Shown here: piece after piece, positions 10,366 through 19,881 of the stretch | How the letters are laid out: every line of letters begins with the position of its first letter | Position numbering within the stretch: position 1 is the stretch's first letter | From: Sedimentisphaerales bacterium | GTDB lineage: Bacteria; Planctomycetota; Phycisphaerae; Sedimentisphaerales; SM23-30 | Direction: 5' to 3' | Assembly: GCA_963663805.2 (NCBI GenBank) | Contig: CAXXMR010000014.1 | Coordinates: forward strand, 64,001 to 128,000 | DNA length: 64,000 nt | The notes under the pieces: model-generated | Databases searched by the model: none | The model's input: only the letters and a program-made list of their open reading frames with translations | What the model was told of the DNA's origin: nothing | Made by a program: the position numbers and the translations under genes

Positions 10366-10776
10366 TTATTTTACATCTTCCAACGCGATATTTTTGCGAT
10401 AGGCCAGCCCCTGAAACGTGGCGACCAAATCACCATCTTCGTCGATAACCTCCGCGCTGTAATTTCCCAGTTTCGGATTACGCGACACTTCCCGCACCAC
10501 CGCCTTTAGTCTGCCCGGCCGGGCGGCTTTGACAAACGAGATACTTACATTTATCGCTACAGCTACCGTGCCATGCGAATTACACGCCACCGCAAAACCA
10601 AAATCCGCCAGTGTAAATATCGCTCCGCCGTGCCCGCTGCCCACACCGTTGAGATGTTCCTCTTTCAGGTCCATACTCACCGTTGCCTGCCCCGGCGACA
10701 CCTGGTCAATCGTAATGCCTAATAATTCAGCAAACCGGTCCCGTTTGAAAAACTCGCGTATCTTATCCATATTCAT
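10366..10776 (-). CDS. paaI: PaaI-family hotdog thioesterase
   Basis: HLNGVGSGHGGAIFTLADFGFAVACNS; convergent on paaK copy 2. Confidence 0.88.
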   Translation of the reverse strand: MNMDKIREFFKRDRFAELLGITIDQVSPGQATVSMDLKEEHLNGVGSGHGGAIFTLADFGFAVACNSHGTVAVAINVSISFVKAARPGRLKAVVREVSRNPKLGNYSAEVIDEDGDLVATFQGLAYRKNIALEDVK

Positions 10777-10834
10777 CTCCCAAATATTACCATACTATCA
10801 TAGCATGAATGCCGGGGGCCGCCAACATTCATAT

Positions 10835-10891
10835 AAAAAAAACTCCGGAAGACCTCGCCGCCTCTCGGCCCGACGCTGCCTCCCGGAGTTT
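10835..10891 (-). terminator. Probable terminator of the large surface-protein gene
   Basis: aaactccgg ... ccggagttt stem with an A-run on + (U-run on - strand) just past stop 10918. Confidence 0.5.
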
Positions 10892-10917
10892 GTCATAATC
10901 AAACAGCTAACGATAAA

Positions 10918-13900
10918 TTACTGCTTGATGAATTTACACAACACGTCCTTGTTAGCGGTCATCATTACATTTATTGATGTCGCATTGCCAACATTGACGC
11001 CATCCACCAGCCAGTAGTCAACTTTGTAACCAGGCCCCGGAGTCGCGTTTATCGTAACCAGAGTACCGTCCTGGTAGCTATGGTAACCAACTATATCGAG
11101 ACTGCCATGGTCGGTAGTATGGACATGGCTGTAAAGCGTCCACATAATCGGTGCGAATGTCGCGGTGACCGTGCGGGCGCTGGTCATGGTCGTCGTATTA
11201 TTCAGCGTCATCAGCCCATCGTCATCCGTGCCGCTCCAGCCAGCGAAATACCAGTGAGCATCGGGCGTTGCCAGCAAAGCAATCACATCATTCTCGTCCT
11301 GGTCGCCGCTGGGCGGAGTCAAAGTCCCGCTGCCAACCACCTGGGTAGTTAGCAGATACTGCGTCGGGATAATCTCAAAGTCAACCCATACTTCCTTGTC
11401 GCTATTCATGGTCACGGCGTTGGTATTTTGCCTGGCGTTCGGAATAACTGCCGCGTCGCCACCCCACTGCATCACCCGCCATTCCGCATTCGGATAAGCC
11501 GTCAAATCAACACTCGTACCTTCTGGATACCGAGTAACTCCACACGGGTCAACATAGCCTTCGCCGCTGTTGACATAGAACTCCAGCTCATGGCACTGCA
11601 CGAAATCAACTGTGATGTCCAGATCTTGGGTCATTAATATATCAACAACGCTCACGTTGTCACCGCAATCGCCCCATGCTGGCGTCAAACCTAAACCATC
11701 CAAACCTGTCCAGTCGCCCGAGGCCCAGTCATCAGCAGGGTCTGCCGTTATGGTGAGCAGGTAGTTCGGTACATAATATAAGGTGCCGCCTGATGTGTCA
11801 GGGGTGACATCGCCATCTCCAGTAGAGGAGATATTCAGACTATAGCATTCTTCCAGCGTAAGAGCACAGGAAACATCAGAGTTCATTATGACCGATAATT
11901 CCAATGTCTCGCCACAACTATCCGGGTATGTAACCTGGGTTATGTCGCCTCCGCTGCAAGAACCATAGTTTAGCGGGAAGTACCAGTTGTCTTGTGGTAT
12001 AGCGTAAACCATCACCGTGGTGCCTGGTTCAAAATAGGTAACATCGCCGACGGTTGTACCTGTCGGATCATATTGGATGGTACCATTACCCGAACCATAG
12101 ATAACGTCCAGCGTGAAGCATTGTTCAAAAGTAACCTCAACGGATTTGGGACCATCCATCGTAACCGAAGCCTGAACCGCTGCCCCGCAACTGCCCGGGT
12201 CCGGTGCCGGAGCGTCAACACCAGTCCAGCTCGCAACCCGCCAGCCGACCGCCGGGGTCGCTGTCAGCGTAACAACCGCATCAACGTCCTGAGTCGTGCT
12301 GCCCGCCGGGTCAATCGTCCCGCCCGCCGGGTTGCCGCCTACCGTGCAGGTAAGCTCATAACCCGGTATCTCCTCGAACTCTACCCACACCGTCTTAGCG
12401 GTATCGGTAGATTCAAAAGTTACCGTGTTGTTCCAGATGCCAGCTACCTCAGTGCCCATCAAGCTGTCAGCGGCACCACCCCACTGTTTAACTTGCCAGC
12501 CGGCGTCGGGGTTAGCGCTGACATCAATAATCTTCTGGCCCCCTTCATTTTCATAATAACTCAGGCCCGCCGGGTCGATTGAGCCATTGCCCGCCTGAAC
12601 ATAAGCGTTCAGAGTAAACGCCGGCACAAATTCCACACTCGCGTACTTGTTGTCGTCCATCGTTACTGTTGTCGCTGAACCGGAATCGCCAAAAATCGGA
12701 GCCGGATTGCTGTCAACATCATCGCCCCAGGTCTTGTACATCCAGTCTTCAGCCGCTATTGCCGTTAAACTAACCACTGCATCTGGGTCGTGATAGGTTA
12801 TCCCCGCCGGGCTGATCAAACCCTGGCCCGCGGTAACTTCCGTTATCAGCGACCAGCTGTCGCCCGGGTCAGTCACATCGGCACCCCAGGCCATACGAAG
12901 CTCGGCAAAGTCATTCAGGCCTACCCAATGGTCACCGTGCGAATCCCCCGCCACGTCGTTAAACTCGCCATACTGATTAGGCGAAATGTCCGCCCGCGAG
13001 AAACAGCGGTCTTCGCCAACCCAATCCGCAGCCAATGCCACCAAATCGTCAATGTCAACCAAACCGTCAATATTCACATCACCAGCCAGACTGACCGTCA
13101 AGGCATAATCGCCTTCATTACCTTCGTACCCCGAAACCCGGACATGATAAGTCTGTCCTGGATATAGAATGCCGCCTATACGGGAAATATTCTCAACCGC
13201 TGGAACACAACTTGCCCAGCCGTCAAAATTCTTATAATAATCATCGTTACAGTAAATCGCTGCTCCGCCACACCCCTCATGCACCGAAACAATCGTATCA
13301 AAATCACTGCCCAGGCAATCAAAGAAATACAACCCTGCCACTTGCGGAGTAAATTCATACCAGACATCACCCCAATGTATCTCATCCGGAAAAAAATCAA
13401 GATCGAAGCAATCGCTCTCAACCTGAGTTTCCACCGCTCCTATAGTAGAGCCTGTCGCCGCAACACCATAGACCAACGCTATCGCGTCCTCACACCGGTC
13501 ATTGGCCAGAGGTGTATCAACGACCAAGTCAAATGTCCCCACAGTACTGTCATTGCCGCCCACCCGAATCAGATAGGGCACGCCGTTCTCTAATTCTAAT
13601 ATCCCGCTTTCCGGTACTGCCGGACCATTGAAATCAAAACAGGCCAGCAAATCCCCGTCAGCACAATCGCTGTAAACCGCCAGTCCCGCGTCAAAACCAC
13701 CGCTCAAATTATAAAGATGAAACGCGTAATTACCGGTTGCCCCCGGCGTAAAAGAATACCACAAATCACTAATCGCCCCTGCCAGGCAACTCGTAAAAGC
13801 CCCTTCGTCACTAGCTGCACTGGTATCGCCGGATGTGGCTGCTCCCAAAGCCAATATTTCAGGTGCCCCACATCCATCATTAGCCGGACCACCCGCCGGA

Positions 13901-14754
13901 GCGACAACCTTAATATCAAAATCACCTACCTGACCGGCATAACCACCCACACGGATATAATAGATTATACCGTTGACAGCGGCAAAGGTTACGCTTTCAC
14001 CATCACCAAAACTGCCGGTATCAGCACAGTCAATATAGCCAGCTACGTCGCATTCCGAATATACCGCCAGAGTAGGGTCATAGGTTGAAACCGGATTGCT
14101 TAAGCTAACTGTATGGTCGCCATCAATTCCCGCTGTAAATTGGTACCATACATCATGCAAAGCCGCATTTGAACAGGTCGGAGCAGCAATCGTGCCTTCG
14201 GTTTCCGCCCCAATAGAAGATTCCGAATATACCGTATCAACATTTATCCCCGCCGCTGTCCCGCAAGTATCATTGTCAGGCGGCAGAGTAACCATAACTG
14301 TAAATGTCCCTGTAGCGCCGTTATAGCCCGCCACCCGGATTAAATAAGTGGTCTCTGCTGTCATGCTAGCTATAGCAAGTGACTCCCGGTCTAAGGAATC
14401 AGTAGTGTAATCATCATTACAGGCAATACTCGCCTGGTCACAAGCCGTATGGACCGATACTGCCGAATCAAAATTTGTACCATAAACATAGACCACATAA
14501 TCCCCACCCTGCCCCGCACCCGGCGTAAACGAATACCAAACGTCATTGGCAGTCCCTGTGAAACACGAGCTGCTGACCCCCGCATCTTCAGTAGCGTCCA
14601 CACTCGTCCCGCTTTCTGGCACATCCAGTGTCAAAATTACAGCACTGGCGCAAACATCATTCCCCGGAGCCGCACCATTAGCCCAAATCGGCATCCCCAG
14701 AACGGCCAGAATGAAAACCAACCCCATTAAACAATACGATTTCTTCGCGGACAT
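10918..14754 (-). CDS. Secreted modular surface protein (1278 aa): four ~130-aa NDxC beta modules, central dockerin-like EF-hand pair, about eight InlB-B-like repeats
   Basis: Signal peptide; repeats starting PGNDVC/PDNDTC/PANDGC/LANDRC, each with D(V/L)WYxFT and YxIRVxG-like motifs; GDVNIDGLVDIDD...RADI; repeats with G.G.V.P...Y..G..V.LTA.P..W...W.G. Confidence 0.75.
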   Translation of the reverse strand: MSAKKSYCLMGLVFILAVLGMPIWANGAAPGNDVCASAVILTLDVPESGTSVDATEDAGVSSSCFTGTANDVWYSFTPGAGQGGDYVVYVYGTNFDSAVSVHTACDQASIACNDDYTTDSLDRESLAIASMTAETTYLIRVAGYNGATGTFTVMVTLPPDNDTCGTAAGINVDTVYSESSIGAETEGTIAAPTCSNAALHDVWYQFTAGIDGDHTVSLSNPVSTYDPTLAVYSECDVAGYIDCADTGSFGDGESVTFAAVNGIIYYIRVGGYAGQVGDFDIKVVAPAGGPANDGCGAPEILALGAATSGDTSAASDEGAFTSCLAGAISDLWYSFTPGATGNYAFHLYNLSGGFDAGLAVYSDCADGDLLACFDFNGPAVPESGILELENGVPYLIRVGGNDSTVGTFDLVVDTPLANDRCEDAIALVYGVAATGSTIGAVETQVESDCFDLDFFPDEIHWGDVWYEFTPQVAGLYFFDCLGSDFDTIVSVHEGCGGAAIYCNDDYYKNFDGWASCVPAVENISRIGGILYPGQTYHVRVSGYEGNEGDYALTVSLAGDVNIDGLVDIDDLVALAADWVGEDRCFSRADISPNQYGEFNDVAGDSHGDHWVGLNDFAELRMAWGADVTDPGDSWSLITEVTAGQGLISPAGITYHDPDAVVSLTAIAAEDWMYKTWGDDVDSNPAPIFGDSGSATTVTMDDNKYASVEFVPAFTLNAYVQAGNGSIDPAGLSYYENEGGQKIIDVSANPDAGWQVKQWGGAADSLMGTEVAGIWNNTVTFESTDTAKTVWVEFEEIPGYELTCTVGGNPAGGTIDPAGSTTQDVDAVVTLTATPAVGWRVASWTGVDAPAPDPGSCGAAVQASVTMDGPKSVEVTFEQCFTLDVIYGSGNGTIQYDPTGTTVGDVTYFEPGTTVMVYAIPQDNWYFPLNYGSCSGGDITQVTYPDSCGETLELSVIMNSDVSCALTLEECYSLNISSTGDGDVTPDTSGGTLYYVPNYLLTITADPADDWASGDWTGLDGLGLTPAWGDCGDNVSVVDILMTQDLDITVDFVQCHELEFYVNSGEGYVDPCGVTRYPEGTSVDLTAYPNAEWRVMQWGGDAAVIPNARQNTNAVTMNSDKEVWVDFEIIPTQYLLTTQVVGSGTLTPPSGDQDENDVIALLATPDAHWYFAGWSGTDDDGLMTLNNTTTMTSARTVTATFAPIMWTLYSHVHTTDHGSLDIVGYHSYQDGTLVTINATPGPGYKVDYWLVDGVNVGNATSINVMMTANKDVLCKFIKQ

Positions 14755-15337
14755 AGCCTATCCCTTCCTGCGCTTATGCGCAAAATCCCCCTGTTTTTCT
14801 CAGACAAGCAGAATGAAATTTCTCTACCCATCCATAACTGCGAATATCAACCTCAGACAGAGTTCGAAGACCAAACAGTTTTCTCGCCAGACACGGGCTC
14901 GACACCTCTCTACCCGAAAGTTCCGATAACTACAGAACTATTATATCCCATCACCGCTTTTGGGCAAGTGAATTTGTTTTGGTAAGACCATTTTTGGGCA
15001 ATTTACCGCTACGCACAAACTGTTCTCACAAGTCATTATTGCCCATGATGTGCCTTATAGATTCGTGTGACCGGATTCCGCTAACTTAAATGTCATACTT
15101 CAAAGAGGTTATATAAAGGCCTATCTCATGGGCCGTCCATAACTCGCTGCCTATCAATAAGTCAGGGTGTTGCAAATTATTTTGTGATATTAATCACATT
15201 TTTATCTGGTACAAGCAGCTATAAAGGTGTAAACTTGCTTTTTATTATGATATACTCAATAAATGATTGGAAAATTAGTTGATATTCCTATCGGAAACTA
15301 CGGTGGGGCAGAAGGGAAAAACTAGAGGATACTCATC

Positions 15338-16228
15338 ATGACCAGAGCTAAGATAACTGATACCGTGAAAACCGGCCGCATACTTATTTCCGATGGGGCC
15401 TGGGGCACTTTCATGCAGAAAAAAGGCCTTCAGCCCGGCCAGTGTCCCGAACTTTGGTGCCTTGAACGCCCCGAAGACATCCTTGATATTGCCCGCAGCT
15501 ATATTGACGCCGGTTCCGATATGATTCAGTCCAACAGTTTCGGCGGAACATCTTTCAAGCTTGAGCATTTCGGCCTGGGCGACCGTGCTGATGAAATCAA
15601 CCTGGCTGCCGCCCGGATTTCCCGTAAAGCCGCCGGCGAAGATAAATGGGTCATCGCCTCAGTAGGCCCCACCGGAAAAATGCTCCTGACCGGCGAAGTT
15701 TCCGAACAGGAGCTTTATGACTCTTTCAAACAGCAGGCCCAGGCCCTCGAAAAAGGCCAGGCCGACGCGATTTGTATCGAAACTATGTCCGATACCGAAG
15801 AAGCCTGTATTGCCGTCAGAGCTGCTCGCGAAAATACCAATTGCCAGGTTATCTGCACCTTCAGTTTTGAGAGAACCGTCAAGGGTGACTATCGTACCAT
15901 GATGGGGGTATCGCCCGCCGACGCTGCCCGTGCCGTTATTAAGGCTGGCGCTCACGTCATCGGCACCAATTGCGGTAATGGCTTCAAAAGAATGGTCGAG
16001 ATTGTCCGCCAATTACGAGATGTCGACCCCGACATTCCTATTCTGGTCCATGCCAATGCCGGACTACCCGAAAACGTGGACGGCCACGATGTTTTCCCGG
16101 ACACCCCCGCAGATATGGCCCAACTCGTCCCCGATTTAGTCAAAGCCGGAGCCAATATCATCGGCGGATGCTGTGGTACAACCCCCGAACACATCGCCGC
16201 TCTAAAAAAAACCGTCGAGGCTTTATAA
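15338..16228 (+). CDS. Homocysteine S-methyltransferase family (stand-alone MetH N-terminal-like domain)
   Basis: SDGAWGT, YIDAGSD..SNSFG, SVGPTG, IETMSD, GTNC, ANAGLP, GGCCGTTPEHI (Zn ligands). Confidence 0.9.
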   Translation: MTRAKITDTVKTGRILISDGAWGTFMQKKGLQPGQCPELWCLERPEDILDIARSYIDAGSDMIQSNSFGGTSFKLEHFGLGDRADEINLAAARISRKAAGEDKWVIASVGPTGKMLLTGEVSEQELYDSFKQQAQALEKGQADAICIETMSDTEEACIAVRAARENTNCQVICTFSFERTVKGDYRTMMGVSPADAARAVIKAGAHVIGTNCGNGFKRMVEIVRQLRDVDPDIPILVHANAGLPENVDGHDVFPDTPADMAQLVPDLVKAGANIIGGCCGTTPEHIAALKKTVEAL

Positions 16229-16233
16229 AATAA

Positions 16234-17838
16234 TCAGGGGACCGAGGGTTCCCAGTCAACCTTTGCCGCCCCCAGCAAAGTACCCGTTGCGTAGGCTATA
16301 TCGACTAAAGCGATTTGATATTCCGCCAGTGCCGAAATCTCCGCACTCTGTGCGTTTGCTAACGCCGTCTGAGCGTTCAGCACATCCGTGGATGTCCCCA
16401 ATCCCAATTCAAACTGCCGCTTCTCCGCCTCATATTGCCGACCGGTCAAAATCGCGTTCTGCTGACTGGCCAATATCCTCTGCCAGTTCGCCTCCAGTTG
16501 GTCAGCCGCGTTCAGCACTTCCAGCTCAATCATATCTTTACGATTCTGAAAACTCACCAGTCGCTGCTGTCGCTGATAAAACGCCTGCAATTTCCGACTC
16601 CGGGCCGCGCCATTGCCCAGCGGCACCAACATCTGTAAGCCCACCCGATGGTCCTCAAAATCCTTATCCACCAGAACATCAAACGCATCGCCCCGACTCT
16701 TGCCCAGACCGTTAATGTTATACGTATAGTCCAGCGTCACCAGCGGCAGCATCTGATTCTCCAGATACGCCAGCGTCGAAGCATCCGAAGCGATTTGCAG
16801 TTCCATCTCCAATAGTTCCATCCGGTTCGCCAAAGCGTGTTCCAGCAGCGAGTCATAATCCAAATCATAATGAACCGGGTCAGCCTCACTTACCGGGACC
16901 AGCACCGTCGGCGTACGCATCGTCAGGCCCGGTTTGTTCAGCAGCTTCTTGAGTTCCCGCTCCCTGTCCCGCAATTCATTCTCCGACATAATAATCCCTT
17001 CCAGCCGCTCAGCCACGCCCGCTTCTGCCCGGATAACCTCTATCTGTGACCGTTCGCCCGCCTCCACAAACCGCCGGGCCTGCTCCAGCTGGGTTTGAGC
17101 CAGTTCATATTGCTGCTGACGAACTTCCAGCTCCCGCCGGGCCGCGTACAAACGCCAGTACCACCTGTCCGCCGACGCCACGGTGCGAATAATCTCCAGT
17201 TTCGTTTGAGCGTCCACCATCTGACTTTGATAACCCGCCAGCCGAATCGAATGGGTATTAACCCGATTACCCGCGTTACGCAGCAAAGGCTGACTCAGTG
17301 AAATCGAAAAATCCGAGCTATGCGAAGGGTTTAACGTCGAAAAAACATTGTCCGTTTTCGTCCGGCTCTGTGCCAAATCAAAGGTAACCGTTCCACCCGT
17401 TCGCAGCGGCAGATTTACCCCATAATCCGTCCGCTGATAATCAACCCGCGAACCATCCAACGCTGTCGAAGTCGGCGTATCCGTCCGCGCAAAACTGCCC
17501 GACGCGGAAAACGCCGACTCAAATTTTGCCTCCTGCTCCGAAATCCGCTTCGCTGAAATACTCGGCTCAATCAGCTGGGCCTTAATATCCAGATTATTCT
17601 CCAGCGTCATCGCCCGGCACTCTTCCAGACTGAGGGAAATTTCCTTTTCAACCGTCGTCGGCTCAGCCGCGTCCGCCGCCGCCTTGCTCAGCTCCTCCAG
17701 TCTCAGCACATCAATCTGCCGCGTCCGCCGTCGCACCCCTTCATAATCGTGAAACTTATTCTTGTTGGTCACCTCCGTACAGCCCAACGCCCCAAAGTAA
17801 ACCGATGCGAGTAAAATTAAAACCAAAAATTTATTCAT
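16234..17838 (-). CDS. TolC-family outer-membrane efflux protein, likely lipoprotein
   Basis: ALGC lipobox, LSQPLLRNAG, EKRQFELGLGTSTDVLNAQ, YATGTLL. Confidence 0.85.
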   Translation of the reverse strand: MNKFLVLILLASVYFGALGCTEVTNKNKFHDYEGVRRRTRQIDVLRLEELSKAAADAAEPTTVEKEISLSLEECRAMTLENNLDIKAQLIEPSISAKRISEQEAKFESAFSASGSFARTDTPTSTALDGSRVDYQRTDYGVNLPLRTGGTVTFDLAQSRTKTDNVFSTLNPSHSSDFSISLSQPLLRNAGNRVNTHSIRLAGYQSQMVDAQTKLEIIRTVASADRWYWRLYAARRELEVRQQQYELAQTQLEQARRFVEAGERSQIEVIRAEAGVAERLEGIIMSENELRDRERELKKLLNKPGLTMRTPTVLVPVSEADPVHYDLDYDSLLEHALANRMELLEMELQIASDASTLAYLENQMLPLVTLDYTYNINGLGKSRGDAFDVLVDKDFEDHRVGLQMLVPLGNGAARSRKLQAFYQRQQRLVSFQNRKDMIELEVLNAADQLEANWQRILASQQNAILTGRQYEAEKRQFELGLGTSTDVLNAQTALANAQSAEISALAEYQIALVDIAYATGTLLGAAKVDWEPSVP

Positions 17839-19099
17839 GTCTTAGTGCCTCAATAGGGTCAAGTCTCGCTGCTTTTAATGCCGGGAACATCCCGAAAAAC
17901 AACCCCACACCTCCGGCAAACCCAAACGATATGGCGATTGCCCAACTGGGAATTTGGGTATGGTCCATCATGGGATTCAATTGCGATATTGCCATCGTCA
18001 GTAATTGCCCCAGACCCACACCCACCAATCCGCCGATACAGCAAAGCACCACTGCCTCGACCAGAAACTGAGTCATAATCGCGCTGTTCTTGGCGCCCAC
18101 CGCTTTTCGCAGGCCAATCTCCCGCGTTCGCTCCGAGACCGAAACCAGCATGATATTCATAATTCCCACCCCGCCTACCAGCAGCGATATTCCTACAATC
18201 CCACCGGCTACCATGGTTATCATCCCCGCAATCTTATTAAACTTCTCCAGCTCACTTTGTATCGACTGCACCCGGAAAGTGTCCGGTTCACCCGGGCGAA
18301 TCTGCCGGTTACGTCTCAGAAAAAACTTCAACTCCGCGATAGCTTCTTCCGCCACATCAGCCGATTTGCTTTGGGCCGTCGCCCACACCCATTTCTCCCG
18401 CAGCGTGCAGTTCGTACGGAACGGAATATAAATCTCAAAGTTGTCTTCACCGCCCCCGCCCCCGCCCAGAAACGATTGAGGCCTTCGTTCCACCAGCCCC
18501 ACCACCCGAAACGCTTTGCCGCTTACATAAATAATATCCCCGATGCAGTCCCGGTCCATGCCCAGCTTATCACGCAGTTCCGGCTCAATCAGACAAACTT
18601 GCCGACGCTGCTCCTCATCGATAATCGAGAAAGGACGACCCATCGCTATCTTGCGATTCTCCACCAGATACCATTCCGGTTCTACCCCATACACTCGAAT
18701 ACTTTCGATGCTCCTTTCCCCATAACTGATGGTATGCCTGTCCCCCCAGCTCGAACGGCTGAACCGCTCGATCGAAGGGCAATGCTCCAGTAAATCATCA
18801 AAATGCTCTGGATAAAAACGCAGCGACCAATGAGATGAATTTTTTTTAGGACCGCTGTTGGGCCTTTCAGCGTTTATGTATATATTATTCGTCCCGAAAG
18901 ACTCAATCTCTTCGAGTACCTTGGTCTTCAGCCCCGTCAACGCCGCGATAACCGCTGTAATCGAAGCAACCCCTATCACAATCCCGATCGTTGTCAAAAC
19001 CGAACGCGCTTTGTTCGCCCATATCTGACCCAACGCCAAAAAAACGCTCTGCATAATCAGCCGCACAAAAGCCACCGGCATCCACAATAATCTAATCAT
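17831..19099 (-). CDS. MacB-like ABC transporter permease
   Basis: RSVLTTIGIVIGVAS, GISLLVGGVGIMNIMLVSVSERTREIGLRKAVGA, PALKAARLDPIEALRHE. Confidence 0.92.
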   Translation of the reverse strand: MIRLLWMPVAFVRLIMQSVFLALGQIWANKARSVLTTIGIVIGVASITAVIAALTGLKTKVLEEIESFGTNNIYINAERPNSGPKKNSSHWSLRFYPEHFDDLLEHCPSIERFSRSSWGDRHTISYGERSIESIRVYGVEPEWYLVENRKIAMGRPFSIIDEEQRRQVCLIEPELRDKLGMDRDCIGDIIYVSGKAFRVVGLVERRPQSFLGGGGGGEDNFEIYIPFRTNCTLREKWVWATAQSKSADVAEEAIAELKFFLRRNRQIRPGEPDTFRVQSIQSELEKFNKIAGMITMVAGGIVGISLLVGGVGIMNIMLVSVSERTREIGLRKAVGAKNSAIMTQFLVEAVVLCCIGGLVGVGLGQLLTMAISQLNPMMDHTQIPSWAIAISFGFAGGVGLFFGMFPALKAARLDPIEALRHE

Positions 19100-19820
19100 G
19101 CCTGCCCTCCCTGTGACCATTTCCGGTATCGCTGCAAATCTTGCCGTCCGTCATGCGAATCACCCGACTGGCATGACCGGCGATGCTCTCCTCGTGCGTC
19201 ACCATAATAATCGTCTGGCCCTCCTCGTGCAGCTTATCAAAAAGCTCCATTATGCTTTCGCTGTTGGCACTGTCCAGATTCCCCGTCGGTTCATCCGCCA
19301 GCAGAATACTCGGATTACAAATCAACGCCCGCGCAATCGCTACCCGCTGCCGCTCCCCGCCCGACAACTGATTAGGCCGATGTTTGACTCGTCCGCTCAG
19401 CCCCACGCGATCCAGAGTATGTTTAGCCAGCTTCGACGATGACCCCTCTTTCTTTCGAGCGTAAATCAAAGGCAACGCCACATTCTTGGCCGCACTGAGC
19501 CGACTCAAAAGCTCAAACGACTGAAACACAAAGCCGATTCGCTCGTTGCGAACCTGCGCCAGAGCCGAACCGCTCATCCGGGTCGTGTCCTGCCCGTCCA
19601 GTTCGTATGTGCCTTCCGTCGCCCGGTCCAGACAACCCAGCAAATTCATGAGCGTACTCTTGCCCGAACCACTGGCTCCCATGATCGCCACATAATCATT
19701 CTTACGCAGCTCCAGGTCGATTCCGTCCAACGCGTTGACCGTTTCTGTCCCCAGTTTGTAGACCTTTCGGATACCGCGTAACCGAATCATAACTTTATTT
19801 TCTTGCTCTGACTGTGACAT
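19092..19820 (-). CDS. ABC ATP-binding protein (MacB/LolD type)
   Basis: GASGSGKST, HRPNQLSGGERQRVAIARAL, LADEPTGNLD, VTHE. Confidence 0.93.
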   Translation of the reverse strand: MSQSEQENKVMIRLRGIRKVYKLGTETVNALDGIDLELRKNDYVAIMGASGSGKSTLMNLLGCLDRATEGTYELDGQDTTRMSGSALAQVRNERIGFVFQSFELLSRLSAAKNVALPLIYARKKEGSSSKLAKHTLDRVGLSGRVKHRPNQLSGGERQRVAIARALICNPSILLADEPTGNLDSANSESIMELFDKLHEEGQTIIMVTHEESIAGHASRVIRMTDGKICSDTGNGHREGRHD

Positions 19821-19881
19821 TATTTTCAACCCTGACTGCCAAAAATGCGAAGTGGTGGAGCCCAAGCCGTTCACTCATCCC

